The notes under the pieces: model-generated
What the model saw: only the letters and a program-made list of their open reading frames with translations
What the model was told of the DNA's origin: nothing
Database searches by the model: none
Source: Paracoccaceae bacterium
Lineage (GTDB): Bacteria > Pseudomonadota > Alphaproteobacteria > Rhodobacterales > Rhodobacteraceae
Direction of reading: 5' to 3'
Length of the DNA stretch: 64,000 nucleotides
Assembly: GCA_965208685.1 (NCBI GenBank)
Contig: CBDBPL010000005.1
Location: 14,995-78,994 of the forward strand
Translations under genes and position numbers: made by a program
Part shown: positions 1-10,587 of the stretch, piece by piece
Numbering within the stretch: position 1 is the first letter of the stretch
Layout of the letters: each line of letters starts with the position of its first letter

Positions 1-240
1 GTCAAGCTCGCAGATGCCTTCGGGGCAAAGGGCATCATGATCGACGATGCGGCGGACCTGGACGATGGAATCAAGGAAATGCTTGCCCATGACGGACCTG
101 TCGTCGTTGACTGCGTGGTCGAGAAGCACGAAAACTGCTTTCCGATGATCCCGTCCGGCGAGCCGCACAACAAGATGCTGCTCGGCGAGAAGGCGGACAC
201 GGGCAACGCGATCAAGGAAGGTGGCGCCGTGCTGGTCTAG
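1..240 (+). CDS. ilvI: acetolactate synthase large (catalytic) subunit, C-terminal end; 5' part lies outside the window
   Basis: Frame is open to base 1 (VKLADAFGAKGIMIDD...VVDCVVEKHENCFPMIPSGEPHNKMLL), a typical ThDP-dependent AHAS C-terminus. The small-subunit gene follows directly. Confidence 0.8.
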   Translation, partial: VKLADAFGAKGIMIDDAADLDDGIKEMLAHDGPVVVDCVVEKHENCFPMIPSGEPHNKMLLGEKADTGNAIKEGGAVLV

Positions 241-323
241 GGCTTGCAGATGTGGCCAAAGCACGAGCGGCATCCTGTGCGCCTGCAACAGCACCGGGAC
301 TCCCTCAGGACGGAAGAGACGAC

Positions 324-908
324 ATGTCACCGCTGAACATCAAGAAAGGCTCGTCGAGCCATTCGGCCTACGACCTCCGCGACTACCATGAGCAGGGAAC
401 GGAACGGCACACGCTTGCCTTGATCGTTGACAACGAGGCTGGCGTCCTTGCGCGCGTCATCGGGCTGTTTTCGGGACGTGGCTACAACATCGAAAGCCTG
501 ACCGTCGCGGAGATCGATCACACCGGCCATCGCAGCCGGATCACCGTCGTCACCACCGGCACGCCATCGGTCATCGAGCAGATCAAGGCGCAGCTCGGCA
601 GGCTGGTGCCCGTTCACGACGTGCATGACCTGACGACCGAGGGCGTGGCGGTCGAACGGGAACTTGCCCTCTTCCGCGTTGTCGGAAGGGGCGATGTCCG
701 TGTCGAGGCCCTGCGGCTCGCGGACATCTTCCGCGCTCAGGTCGTGGATTCCACGCTCGACAGTTTCGTGTTCGAAGTGACCGGCACGTCCCAGAAGATA
801 GATGCATTCGCGGACCTCATGCGGCCCCTGGGCCTTGAGGAACTGGCACGCACCGGCGTGGTGGCCCTGGCGAGAGGTGAAATCGACGCGGAGACCGGGC
901 TGACCTGA
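324..908 (+). CDS. ilvH: acetolactate synthase small (regulatory) subunit
   Basis: ACT-domain N-terminus (HTLALIVDNEAGVLARVIGLFSGRGYNIESLTV) and IlvN/IlvH-type C-terminal domain. First ATG (MSPLNIKK) is at 324, inside ORF 252..908. Confidence 0.9.
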   Translation: MSPLNIKKGSSSHSAYDLRDYHEQGTERHTLALIVDNEAGVLARVIGLFSGRGYNIESLTVAEIDHTGHRSRITVVTTGTPSVIEQIKAQLGRLVPVHDVHDLTTEGVAVERELALFRVVGRGDVRVEALRLADIFRAQVVDSTLDSFVFEVTGTSQKIDAFADLMRPLGLEELARTGVVALARGEIDAETGLT

Positions 909-1082
909 GCGCGTCGCCAACGGCGTCCGGCACGCGGGAACTCCGCCCCGGAACCGTCATTCCCGCTTCCTTGAGCCTGCCTTCGGGTCTTGGGAGCGCT
1001 CCTTCCCAGCGGGACGTCCTGAGAGCCTCATGGAGATCGCCCCTTCAGTCCGGCAGCGTCGCTGCAATCAACGCAAGGAAAG

Positions 1083-1108
1083 CTGGGGGGCCATCGGCCC
1101 CCCAGTTT
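1083..1108. terminator. GC-rich hairpin between convergent ilvH and nrdJ; candidate bidirectional terminator
   Basis: ctggggggcc-atc-ggccccccag is a 10-bp perfect stem with a 3-nt loop. It is followed by ttt on the plus strand and by cttt on the minus strand. Confidence 0.5.
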
Positions 1109-1365
1109 CGCCAGTCAGGCCCACTTGTCGTACCGCCCGGTTTCCGCCTGCGGCCTGACCTGCGTTCAGTGCGAGCGCACCCGCCCCGTGTTCCGTCGAA
1201 CCGCAAGCCGCGATTCTCCGGGCGGGAGGAAGCCGGCCCAAGCTGTCGGCCGTGCCCCGCTTCTCGTCGCCGGGGCGGGAGATCCCCCGGCATCAAGGCG
1301 GCACTGCGCGGCAGCGCCACCCTGTCCTCGGAACAGGTTCCGATGCGCTGCCCTGCGACGCGTCA

Positions 1366-4300
1366 TCAACTGCACCCGCTCGTCGCGCCACACGTGTTGC
1401 ACTTCATGCATGTGCCGTTGCGCACCAAGGTGTAGTTGCCGCATTCGCTGCAAGGGTCTCCCTCATATCCCTGCATCCTGGCCTTCGCTCGGGCGTCAAT
1501 CCCGGCCGTGCCCTCGGCCGGCGACGCCCCGAAGGCCAATGCCGTTCCAACGTCCGGCAAAATCGCGTCAGCCGCTGCCGGAACGTCGGCACTGCCGAGC
1601 GCCACTGCGGCGCCGGCACCGCCTTCCACGAGCACCAGCTCTCTAGGCACGCGGCCACGGGTGTATCCTGCGGACGCGACACGCTTCAGCACCTCGACAT
1701 GGGTCGAGCCCCTTGCCGCAGGGGCCTCAGCCGTGGCGGGCTTGCCCTCTTCCTCGCCGCGGCCCACGTCGTCGAAGGTCGGGCCTTCCGGTTTCACGTG
1801 CGCGAGATCGATGCGATCCAGATAGCTTACTGCCAGCTCCCTGAAGATGTAGTCCAGTATCGAGGTCGCGTTCTTGATCGAGTCGTTGCCCTGCACCATT
1901 CCGGCCGGTTCGAAGCGAGTGAAGGTGAAAGCGTCCACAAACTCCTCCAAGGGCACGCCATACTGGAGGCCGACGGAGACGGCGATCGCGAAGTTGTTCA
2001 TCATGGCCCGGAATCCGGCGCCTTCCTTGTGCATGTCGATGAAGATCTCGCCCAGCGAACCGTCGCCGTACTCGCCTGTCCTCAGGTAGACCTTGTGCCC
2101 TCCGACAATGGCTTTCTGGGTGTATCCACGCCGCCGTTCCGGCATTCGATTGCGCACGCCTGCAAAGTCCTTGGCGATGACCCTTTCCACGACCTTCTCG
2201 GCCAGCACGACGGTCCTCTCATGCGGCGTGCCGGTCTCAAGCGTCTCGGCCGCCTCGTCGTCGTCCTCGACAAGTGCCGCCGACAACGGCTGCGAGAGCT
2301 TTGAGCCGTCACGATAGAGCGCATTGGCCTTGATCCCGAGCCGGTGCGACAGTTCGTAGGCCGCCTTGCAATCCTCGACGGTCGCGTCGTTCGGCATGTT
2401 GATCGTCTTGGAAATCGCGCCCGAAACGAACGACTGAGCGGCCGCCATCATCGTGATGTGGCTGTCGACCGGAAGAAACCGCTTGCCCGTGCGTCCGCAG
2501 GGATTCGCGCAGTCAAATACATGGTAGTGCTCCTGCGCCAGGTGAGGAGCGCCTTCCAGTGTCATGGAACCGCAGACGTGGTCGTTCGCGGCCTCGATGT
2601 CCGACTTGCTGAAACCGAGGCTGCGGAGAAGGTCAAATTCCGGATCGTTCAGCTTCTCGGGCGGGATCCCGAGGGTCGCCGAGCAGAACGCCTCGCCGAG
2701 CGTCCACTGGTTGAACACGAAGCGAATGTCGAACGCCGAGGGCAGGGATTCCTCGATCCTGTCGATCTCGGCCTGGCCGAACCCATGTCCAACCAGCGCT
2801 GCATGGTTGATTCCCGGAGCGTTCGCGAGCGTTCCGTGGCCGACGGCGTAGGAAACGATGTCCTGGATCTGGGAGGAAGAGTATCCAAGTGTCGCCAACG
2901 CCGCCGGCACCGAGCGGTTTATGATCTTGAAGTAACCGCCCCCGGCGAGCTTCTTGAACTTCACCAAGGCGAAGTCCGGCTCGATCCCTGTCGTGTCGCA
3001 ATCCATCACGAGGCCGATGGTGCCGGTCGGCGCGATGACCGTGGCCTGGGCGTTGCGGTATCCGTGCTTCATGCCCAGATCGAGCGCGTCATCCCATATC
3101 TTCGCAGCCAGCTCGACCAGCCTGCCGTCCGGGCAGTTGTCATGATCGAGCGGGACGGGAGGCACGTTCATCTCCTCGTATCCTGACGTCTCTCCGCGCG
3201 CCGCACGTCTATGGTTGCGAATGACGCGAAGCATGTGTTCGGAGTTCTCCTTGCACCCCTGGAACGGGCCCAGTTCGCGCGCGATCTCAGCCGATGTCAC
3301 GTAGGACGCCCCGGTCATGATCGCCGTGAGGGCACCCGCCAGGGCCCGGCCCTCGTCCGAATCGTATCCCAGGCCCATGGTCATGAGCAGGCCGCCAATG
3401 TTCGCGTAGCCGAGGCCGAGAGTCCTGAACTCGTAGGAGAGCTGCGCGATTTCCTTCGACGGGAACTGTGCCATCATGACGCTGATCTCAAGCGTCAGTG
3501 TCCAGAGACGCGTTGCATGGACATAGTCGTCGGCCTGAAACTCCCCATCGTCATGGAAGGTAAGGAGGTTCATGGATGCCAGGTTGCAGGCGGTATCGTC
3601 GAGGAACATGTACTCCGAGCAGGGGTTCGACGCGCGTATCGGCCCGGCCTCGGGGCATGTGTGCCAGGCATTGATCGTGTCATGGTACTGGATGCCGGGA
3701 TCCGCGCAGGCCCAGGCGGCATGGCCGACCTGCTCCCAAAGATCACGCGCCTTGACGGTCCTTTCCACCTTGCCGTCGGTCCGACGGAGCAGCTTCCAGT
3801 CTGCGTCGTCCTTCACCGCTTGCAGGAACGCGTCCGTGACCCGGATCGAGTTGTTGGAGTTCTGGCCCGAAACGCTTGAATAGGCTTCCGAATCCCAGTC
3901 CGTGTCATATGTCGGAAACTCGATCGATTCGTAGCCCTGTCTCGCGTAGTCAAGAACGCGCTTGATGTAGGTTTCCGGAATTGCGGCCGTCTTCGCGGAC
4001 CGGATCGCCGCCTTGAGGCTCTCGTTCCTCTCCGGATCAACCGCATCGGCTTCACCGCCGTCCCACGCCTTGATCGCCGCGAATATGCCGTTGAGCTCGC
4101 GTTCGTGAATCTTCGAGCCGGCGACGATGGAGGCGACCTTTTGCTCCTCGATGACTTTCCAGTTGATGAAGTCCTCGATGTCGGGGTGATCGGCGTCAAC
4201 GATCACCATCTTTGCGGCACGCCTGGTCGTGCCGCCGGACTTGATGGCGCCCGCCGCTCGGTCGCCGATCTTCAGAAAGCCCATCAGGCCCGATGACTTG

Positions 4301-5046
4301 CCGCCGCCGGACAGGTGCTCGCCCGCTGCGCGGAGGAGGCTGAAATTCGTCCCGGTGCCGGACCCGTATTTGAAGAGCCGTGACTCCCGGACCCACAGAT
4401 CCATGATGCCGCCGCTGTTCACGAGGTCGTCGGCGCAAGACTGAATGAAGCACGCGTGAGGCTGCGGATGCTCGTAGGCGCTTCGGGACTTGGTCAGCTT
4501 GCCGGTCTTGTAGTCCACGTAGTGGTGACCCTGGCTCGGTCCGTCGATGCCGTAGGCCCAGTGGAGGCCCGTGTTGAACCATTGCGGAGAGTTCGGCGCC
4601 CCGCGCTGCGTCGCAAGCATGTAGCGCATCTCGTCGAAATAGGCCCGCGCGTCCGCTTTCGAAGAGAAGTAGCCGCCCTTCCATCCCCAATACGCCCAGG
4701 CCCCCGCCAGGCGGTCGAAGACCTGCGTCGCCCGCGTTTCGCCGCCGTAGCGCTCTTCTTCAGGCAGGTCGGCGAGCGCGACCTCGTCCGCCACCGAACG
4801 CCAGAGGAATTCCGGGACGCCCTTCTCCTTCACCTTCTTCAGGCGCGCCGGCACTCCGGCCTTCCTGAAATACTTCTGCGCGATGACGTCTGACGCCACC
4901 TGGCTCCAGCCTTCGGGGACCTGAACGTCGTCGAGCCGGAACACGATTGTGCCGTCAGGATTCCTGATCTCGGATGATGTCGCCGTGAACTTGATGGACG
5001 CGTATGCGTCCCGCCCTGCCTTCGTGAAGCTGCGCCTGATTTTCAT
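1366..5046 (-). CDS. nrdJ: class II (adenosylcobalamin-dependent) ribonucleotide reductase
   Basis: About 1,226 aa from [15 protein letters not shown] (ATG at 5046, in frame with ORF 1366..5361). Long RNR core with NPCSEY and Cys-rich C-terminal tail [28 protein letters not shown]. Confidence 0.9.
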   Translation of the reverse strand: MKIRRSFTKAGRDAYASIKFTATSSEIRNPDGTIVFRLDDVQVPEGWSQVASDVIAQKYFRKAGVPARLKKVKEKGVPEFLWRSVADEVALADLPEEERYGGETRATQVFDRLAGAWAYWGWKGGYFSSKADARAYFDEMRYMLATQRGAPNSPQWFNTGLHWAYGIDGPSQGHHYVDYKTGKLTKSRSAYEHPQPHACFIQSCADDLVNSGGIMDLWVRESRLFKYGSGTGTNFSLLRAAGEHLSGGGKSSGLMGFLKIGDRAAGAIKSGGTTRRAAKMVIVDADHPDIEDFINWKVIEEQKVASIVAGSKIHERELNGIFAAIKAWDGGEADAVDPERNESLKAAIRSAKTAAIPETYIKRVLDYARQGYESIEFPTYDTDWDSEAYSSVSGQNSNNSIRVTDAFLQAVKDDADWKLLRRTDGKVERTVKARDLWEQVGHAAWACADPGIQYHDTINAWHTCPEAGPIRASNPCSEYMFLDDTACNLASMNLLTFHDDGEFQADDYVHATRLWTLTLEISVMMAQFPSKEIAQLSYEFRTLGLGYANIGGLLMTMGLGYDSDEGRALAGALTAIMTGASYVTSAEIARELGPFQGCKENSEHMLRVIRNHRRAARGETSGYEEMNVPPVPLDHDNCPDGRLVELAAKIWDDALDLGMKHGYRNAQATVIAPTGTIGLVMDCDTTGIEPDFALVKFKKLAGGGYFKIINRSVPAALATLGYSSSQIQDIVSYAVGHGTLANAPGINHAALVGHGFGQAEIDRIEESLPSAFDIRFVFNQWTLGEAFCSATLGIPPEKLNDPEFDLLRSLGFSKSDIEAANDHVCGSMTLEGAPHLAQEHYHVFDCANPCGRTGKRFLPVDSHITMMAAAQSFVSGAISKTINMPNDATVEDCKAAYELSHRLGIKANALYRDGSKLSQPLSAALVEDDDEAAETLETGTPHERTVVLAEKVVERVIAKDFAGVRNRMPERRRGYTQKAIVGGHKVYLRTGEYGDGSLGEIFIDMHKEGAGFRAMMNNFAIAVSVGLQYGVPLEEFVDAFTFTRFEPAGMVQGNDSIKNATSILDYIFRELAVSYLDRIDLAHVKPEGPTFDDVGRGEEEGKPATAEAPAARGSTHVEVLKRVASAGYTRGRVPRELVLVEGGAGAAVALGSADVPAAADAILPDVGTALAFGASPAEGTAGIDARAKARMQGYEGDPCSECGNYTLVRNGTCMKCNTCGATSGCS

Positions 5047-5239
5047 TTCTTGCCTGGACCCCGTTGTGTTCTTGTCTGAGCCAATTCCGTTTCCCTGTTC
5101 GCCTGCCTCAGTCAGGGCGACATTCAGTACGGCCAGGAGATGAGACAAGGACGCCTGTTCCGTGCACGGCGTTGCTTGAGCGCACGAACCCTTCTTTCCT
5201 GGCGGACCGAAGATGATCGAATGCTGTCCCTGTCGATGT

Positions 5240-5255
5240 CCACAACATGTTGTGG
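5240..5255 (-). promoter_or_regulatory. candidate NrdR box upstream of nrdJ
   Basis: Perfect 16-bp palindrome ccacaacatgttgtgg about 200 nt upstream of the nrdJ ATG. It resembles the NrdR-box consensus as I recall it (acaCwAtATaTwGtgt). A weaker CACAA-containing half-site lies at 5269..5283. Confidence 0.35.
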
Positions 5256-5812
5256 CCTCCCAACCGGCCTGCACAACTTGCAGCCTTTGCATGGGGTTCG
5301 TCAACAGCGAATTCTCACAAAGTTCTGCGGACTCGGGGCAAGGCTTCGATGCGCCGACCAATGAGTCCGCACGAAACTCCCGAATTCAGGAAACCGTCAA
5401 TCTAGATCAGGCGCTTACGCTGCCAAGCTAACCGTTCACGCAAGGTGCACAAAGGGTACGACCGCCGGCTTGGGCAATCGGACCAGCTCATCTTGAGCGG
5501 CACGATGGCCGGACTGTCGTTCCGCCTTTCGGCCATCAAAATAGAATCACCCCGCGGATCGAGTGCGACTCACGACACTGGCAGGCACGGGCACCAAGGA
5601 CGCCCTTGCTTCCCGATGAACGACAGCTGGGCACGTTGACGTTCCAGGTTCCTGTTGCCCCGGCTCCGGACATGCCTTTTCGCTGAATCCGGCAGGTGTC
5701 GTCGATGTCACCAGGCCGCATGTGCGATGCCGACAGGATTCCACGCGTTGCATGCAGGGAGCGCCGAGCCGGTTGCGGGCCAGTCTGCGCATTGCGAATG
5801 CCCTGCCGATGC

Positions 5813-5889
5813 TGGTCGGGGCGGAGAGATTCGAACTCCCGACCCCCTGTTCCCAAAACAGGTGCGCTACCAGACTGCGCTACGCCCCG
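5813..5889 (-). tRNA. tRNA-Pro (anticodon UGG)
   Basis: Reverse complement reads CGGGGCG-TA-GCGC-AGTCTGGTA-GCGC-A-CCTGT-TTTGGGA-ACAGG-GGGTC-GGGAG-TTCGAAT-CTCTC-CGCCCCG-A-CCA. This is a full 77-nt cloverleaf with UGG at positions 34-36 and an encoded CCA. Confidence 0.9.
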
Positions 5890-6124
5890 ACTCCGCCGCA
5901 TCCTTACCGCAAAGAAATTCCCCTTGGCAAATTGCTTGTGCATGAGATTGCGGACGTCCTTGCATGCAAGGGTCGGCGAATCGTCCGCAATCCATGAATT
6001 CTGCAATTGCGAACGCCACACGATCAGCTGGTGGAACCCGCCCGCATGCCTGGAGACATGCGCGCCGGCCCGCCGCGTTCCCGACCGAGCTCGTCGCGAC
6101 GTTTTCGGTCCTTCTTCCCGCAGG

Positions 6125-6586
6125 CTATTCGCAGGGCCAGGCCGGGTTCGGTCCGATGACCGGATGGCGAAGCTCGCTTCCTTCGTCTATGCCAAGCCTG
6201 CGGGACAGGCCGCCGTTGACTTCAAGCACGAACTTGACTCCCTCGCCGCCATCTATGTGAGTCTCGTCAAACGGAATCGCGTTCTCGTGGACCCTTGTCA
6301 CCGTTCCGGACGGTGTCATGAAAATCATGTCGAGCGGGATCCTCGTGTTCTTCATCCAGAACACCGCGCGCTGCGGCGCGTCGTATGCGAAGAGCATTCC
6401 GCTCCCCGAAGGCAGGAAGTCCCGGTGCATCAGTCCGAGCGAACGTTCGTCGGGGTCATTCGCGAGCTCGACCGTGAACCGCGCGCGGCCCCAGTCGCCG
6501 CGCAAGTCGACCTGATCAACCTTGCAATCCGCAGACGCGGTTCCGGCAAGTGCAAACAATGCCACGAATCCGAAACCTGCCCGCAT
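6125..6586 (-). CDS. DUF192-family protein with signal peptide
   Basis: N-terminal signal-like MRAGFGFVALFALAGTASA. Core matches the DUF192/COG1430 pattern as I recall it (GLMHR...MLFAYD...FWMKNTRIPLDMIFM). Confidence 0.7.
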   Translation of the reverse strand: MRAGFGFVALFALAGTASADCKVDQVDLRGDWGRARFTVELANDPDERSLGLMHRDFLPSGSGMLFAYDAPQRAVFWMKNTRIPLDMIFMTPSGTVTRVHENAIPFDETHIDGGEGVKFVLEVNGGLSRRLGIDEGSELRHPVIGPNPAWPCE

Positions 6587-6588
6587 CG

Positions 6589-7122
6589 CTACTCGGATCT
6601 AAGGCCCGCTTCCCACGACGTGATCTGAGTGGCCATGCGGCCTCGTTTGCCCTCCACGACCCGGATTGACACGGCCTCTCCAGGCTGAAGGTCGGCAAGC
6701 TCCGATCGCCTCAGGACTTCGATGTGAAGAAAGACATCCTCGTTGCAACCATAGACATTGGCAAATCCAAACCCCTTCGCCTTGTCGAACCACTTCACGC
6801 GCGCCGGCTCCAGCGGCAACGACAGGTCAACCGGTTCGTTGAACTCGCCGCCATCCGGGACGCCATCATCCGCCGCGGAAGCGGCCGGCGGATCTATCCG
6901 GAGCACTTCGGTCGCCTGAATTCCTCGTGCCGTTTCCTGAATCACGACTTCAATCCCCGCCGAATCCGCGACGGAGGACTGTCCGTAGTTGCGAAGCACG
7001 TTGGCATGAAGCAGGATGTCAGGCCCGCCCTCGTCGGAAACGACAAAGCCGAATCCCTTCGACGGATCAAACCACTTTACCGTTCCAGTGACGCGCGCGC
7101 CGCCTTTGCTGAGGTCGGTCAT
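6589..7122 (-). CDS. cold-shock protein with two cold-shock domains
   Basis: Two CSD cores: GTVKWFDPSKGFGFVVSDEGGPDILLH and ARVKWFDKAKGFGFANVYGCNEDVFLH. Confidence 0.85.
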   Translation of the reverse strand: MTDLSKGGARVTGTVKWFDPSKGFGFVVSDEGGPDILLHANVLRNYGQSSVADSAGIEVVIQETARGIQATEVLRIDPPAASAADDGVPDGGEFNEPVDLSLPLEPARVKWFDKAKGFGFANVYGCNEDVFLHIEVLRRSELADLQPGEAVSIRVVEGKRGRMATQITSWEAGLRSE

Positions 7123-7235
7123 CTAAGCATCATCCCTTGGGCTCTTGCCCAACATGCGCCTACTTTGAGCCGTTGGCACGATCACGCGCAACCCAAAAAA
7201 CCGACCAATTCTGCAACAATTTCGGCAGAAGCGCG

Positions 7236-7853
7236 CTAAGGATAAAGGCGTTCCACCTTCCAAGTGGCTTCAGGCGACGCTCTCGTCCAGCGGAATCGGT
7301 CGTGGAGCCGGAATTCGCCATCGGCCCAGAACTCGATCTCGACGGGCAAGATCCTGAAGCCGCCCCAGAACGGCGGGCGTTTCGGGTCGAGGCCGTGGAT
7401 GACGCCCATCTTTGCCGCCCTGGCCATCAAAGTCTTCCGGGACGACAACGGCTGGGACTGGCGCGAAGCCCATGCCCCTACCCGGCTCTGCACCCCTCGC
7501 GAGGCGAAGTAGCGGTCTGCAGGCGCGCCGTCCTCGACGGTCACGGATCCACGCACCCTGACCTGGCGGCGGAGGCTCTTCCAGTGGATGACGAAAGCCG
7601 CCTTCTCGGACGTCTTGAGTTCCCGCGCCTTCACGCTGCCGTAGTTGGTGTAGAAGACGAAGGTGCCGTTCTCGATCCCCTTGAGCAACACCATGCGCAC
7701 GTTCGGCAAGCCGGACTCGTCCACAGTTGCGAGTGCCATTGCGCCCGGGTCGTTCGGTTCGGTCCCCTCCGCCTCGTTCAGCCAACGGCTCACAATGACC
7801 AAGGGGTCGTTTCCTTCGAAAATTTCGCTTCTGTCCATCACGCCCGCCTTCAC
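7236..7853 (-). CDS. pdxH: pyridoxamine 5'-phosphate oxidase
   Basis: [27 protein letters not shown]...[13 protein letters not shown]...[22 protein letters not shown]...[14 protein letters not shown] are typical PdxH motifs. Confidence 0.9.
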   Translation of the reverse strand: MKAGVMDRSEIFEGNDPLVIVSRWLNEAEGTEPNDPGAMALATVDESGLPNVRMVLLKGIENGTFVFYTNYGSVKARELKTSEKAAFVIHWKSLRRQVRVRGSVTVEDGAPADRYFASRGVQSRVGAWASRQSQPLSSRKTLMARAAKMGVIHGLDPKRPPFWGGFRILPVEIEFWADGEFRLHDRFRWTRASPEATWKVERLYP

Positions 7854-7917
7854 GCCCTTGATGCATCTGACGTGATCGCATAGACCCGCTGCACGGTAAA
7901 CGGGCGAGGATCAGAAT

Positions 7918-8733
7918 ATGTCCGCAGGGCTTATGACAGGCAAACGAGGCCTGATCATGGGGCTGGCAAACGATAGATCGATCGCCTGGGGAATCGCCAA
8001 GGCGGTTGCCGATCACGGTGCCGAACTCGCATTCTCCTATCAGGGCGAAGCGCTCCTGAAGCGCGTCGGACCATTGTCCGAACAGCTGGGTTCGAACATC
8101 GTCCTGCCCTGCGACGTGGCGGACGTGAACAGCGTGGATTCCCTGTTCCGGGAACTCGATGACCGCTGGGGCAGGCTTGATTTCGTTGTTCACGCGATTG
8201 GATTTTCCGACAAGAGCGAGTTGCGTGGCCGCTATGTCGACACAAGCCGCGACAACTTCCTCATGTCCATGGACATATCGGTGTATTCCTTCACCGCGAT
8301 CGCAAAGCGGGCCGCCGCGATGATGCCAGATGGCGGGTCGCTCCTGACCCTGACCTACTACGGGGCCGAGCGCGTGATGCCGCACTACAACGTGATGGGG
8401 GTTTGCAAGGCTGCCCTGGAAGCCAGCGTGCGCTACATCGCCGAGGATCTCGGCAGGGACGGCATCCGCTGCAATGCCATCAGCGCGGGCACGATCAAGA
8501 CCTTGGCGGCATCCGGGATCGGCGACTTCCGCTACATCCTGAAGTGGAACGAGTACAATTCTCCGCTGAGACGCAACGTAAGCATCGAGGATGTCGGCAA
8601 CGCCGCGCTCTATCTTCTTTCCGATCTCGGTTCTGCCGTCACGGGCGAGGTTCATCACGTGGATGCCGGCTACCATGTCGTGGGCATGAAGGCGCTCGAC
8701 GCACCGGACATGACTTACGAAAGGAGGGAATGA
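7918..8733 (+). CDS. fabI: enoyl-ACP reductase (NADH)
   Basis: [22 protein letters not shown]-terminus, [17 protein letters not shown] catalytic Y/K region and [13 protein letters not shown]. Confidence 0.9.
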   Translation: MSAGLMTGKRGLIMGLANDRSIAWGIAKAVADHGAELAFSYQGEALLKRVGPLSEQLGSNIVLPCDVADVNSVDSLFRELDDRWGRLDFVVHAIGFSDKSELRGRYVDTSRDNFLMSMDISVYSFTAIAKRAAAMMPDGGSLLTLTYYGAERVMPHYNVMGVCKAALEASVRYIAEDLGRDGIRCNAISAGTIKTLAASGIGDFRYILKWNEYNSPLRRNVSIEDVGNAALYLLSDLGSAVTGEVHHVDAGYHVVGMKALDAPDMTYERRE

Positions 8734-8878
8734 TGACTCTTGGCAATGGAAGAGCCATGCCATTTGGAAGTCGATTTCCGACCAGGTCCGGACGATGCCG
8801 TCACCCGAGGAACGGGTGCCCGGCATGGCGGTTGCGCCTGCCGGAGACGTTCCCTCCACCTGGACGGCATGCCGGACC

Positions 8879-9382
8879 ATGACAGAGCGACTGCCGCACG
8901 AGAAGGGTTTCCACGTCAGCTGGGACCAGATGCATCGCGACGCCCGTGCGCTTGCCTGGCGGCTGGACGGGCGCGGGCCGCTTGACGGCAGGTGGAAGGC
9001 GGTCGTGGCAATCACGCGTGGCGGCATGGCACCGGCAATGATCGTGGCCCGCGAACTCGACATTCGCATCGTGGATACAATCAGCGTGAAGAGCTACGAT
9101 CACCAGTCGCAGACCGATGCGAAGATCCTGAAATCTCCGGACGCGGGAATGATGGGCGACGGCGCCGGCATCCTCGTCGTGGATGACCTGGTCGATACCG
9201 GCCAGACGCTTGAACTCGTTCGACGACACTTTCCGCAGGCTCACTTCGCCACGGTCTACGCCAAGCCGATGGGCGAACAGCAGGTCGACACGTTCATTAC
9301 CGGCGTCAGCCAGGACACCTGGATTTTCTTTCCCTGGGACATGGCGCTTCAGTATGTCGAGCCATACCGGGGCACCGATTGA
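8879..9382 (+). CDS. gpt: xanthine-guanine phosphoribosyltransferase
   Basis: [17 protein letters not shown]...[20 protein letters not shown]... plus PRPP loop [16 protein letters not shown] at 8879 ([11 protein letters not shown]) lies inside ORF 8795..9382. Confidence 0.85.
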   Translation: MTERLPHEKGFHVSWDQMHRDARALAWRLDGRGPLDGRWKAVVAITRGGMAPAMIVARELDIRIVDTISVKSYDHQSQTDAKILKSPDAGMMGDGAGILVVDDLVDTGQTLELVRRHFPQAHFATVYAKPMGEQQVDTFITGVSQDTWIFFPWDMALQYVEPYRGTD

Positions 9383-9392
9383 AGTCCGTCGT

Positions 9393-9646
9393 GCTCTCAC
9401 ATGACACTTGATTTATTCCGCAACGAGCGCAACATCGTCGCCCGCCGCCCGAAAACGGCCCAAGTTGCCGTGAAACGTGCATGGCATGAAGCCGAACACG
9501 CAAACGTCCATCAACGCGATGATCCGACTTGGATTTCGTCTTTTCCCGGGGTCGCGAAGCTCATACCCGAATCATCGAAACAAAGCTAGAACAATTTTGC
9601 CCGGTGTCCGAGAAATGTTGCTTATGTTGCTTGATCGTGAGGCAGT
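9393..9646 (+). repeat. R1: copy 1 of a ~250-bp non-coding dispersed repeat
   Basis: ctctcacatgacacttgatttattccgcaacgagcgcaacatcgtcgccc...gagaaatgttgcttatgttgcttgatcgtgaggcagt. Aligns end to end with R3 (7-nt indel plus about 20 mismatches by eye) and more loosely with R2. Confidence 0.85.
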
Positions 9647-10290
9647 TGAACCTGCCATTTCTGGTTCGGCCCGAACGCCCATGCAATCCGGTGCAATCAG
9701 AGGCGGCGATCCCCTGCACTACAAGATCGCGATCGCTCCCTTGCGTTCCGCGAGCGGACCGCGCTGGCTTCAGTCGTGTTCGTTCGCCGAGATCGACCGT
9801 GCCAGAGACTGAAGTCGATCGTGGGTCACTCGGACACGTGAACAACCGGCAATTGCCCGGCCCGATTGAGAGGCGATTGCTCCGGAGAAGCGCAATCGCC
9901 GACCTGGGTTCTCCTCCGCCTTTCCATGCGGCGGCGAGGTTTTCCTGCACTCGCTCCTCTCAAGCGCGAACAGGAACTCATCCACAAGATTCAGCCTTGC
10001 AGGGCTCTCAAAGCCTGAAGGACGCGGAGAATGGGCCGCAACGCACGCCAAGTCTCGGTTGATTCAAACGCGAAACACGGCAACGAAGCTCCACCGGGCA
10101 ACAAGATCCTTTGGAGCGGCTACAGCGCGCTTTCGATCTCCGCGTGGATCGTCCGCCCGGACGGCGGCCTTGGCGATCAGAGTCGACTTGGCCAACTCTC
10201 CAGGCGGGAAGCCGCTTGTGAAGAACGCGCAGCCGGCACCTTTGCATCATCGTGCCGGCCCCATGTCCTTGGCGCAAGAGTTGCAGCGAC

Positions 10291-10538
10291 ATCTGACTTG
10301 TTCCGCGATGAGCGCAACTTCTTCGCCCGCCGCCGGAAAGCGGCCCAAGTTGCCGTGAATCGTGCAAGGCACGAAGCCGTACACGCAAGCGTCAATCTTT
10401 GCGATGACCCGAGTTGGACTTCGTCTCTTTCACGCGCCGCGAAATGCATGCCCGCACCATCGAAACAGGGCAAGAAGAATGCACGTCTTCGGTCCTTGCC
10501 CGAGAAATGTTGCGCCTGCTGCTTGAGCGTGAGGCAGT
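10291..10538 (+). repeat. R2: diverged copy of the same repeat, same orientation
   Basis: atctgacttgttccgcgatgagcgcaacttcttcgcccgccgcc...gagaaatgttgcgcctgctgcttgagcgtgaggcagt. Roughly three quarters identical to R1 by eye. Ends 50 bp from the SWIM gene stop. Confidence 0.7.
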
Positions 10539-10587
10539 GCTTGACGCTCGATGGCGACAAGGCGCGCAGCGCGGTTTCCCGGATTGC

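Noticed and set aside
5047-5430. Cobalamin riboswitch in the long nrdJ leader
   Set aside because: I see no B12-box-like conserved core. B12 riboswitches normally control B12-independent isozymes or transport genes rather than the B12-dependent RNR.
5813-5889. tRNA-Pro as the integration site of the island with the tandem integrases
   Set aside because: It lies about 25 kb from the integrases with core genes (pdxH, fabI, gpt) in between. No tRNA 3'-end repeat was noticed elsewhere in the window.
9401-9589. Peptide-coding potential of the R repeats (ORFs 9401..9589, 10031..10771 and 19293..19484 share LDLFRNERN...)
   Set aside because: R3 differs from R1 by a 7-nt indel that breaks the frame. 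R1 versus R2 codon comparison shows far more non-synonymous than synonymous changes (about 24 versus 7 by eye). There is no RBS. The repeats behave as non-coding DNA.
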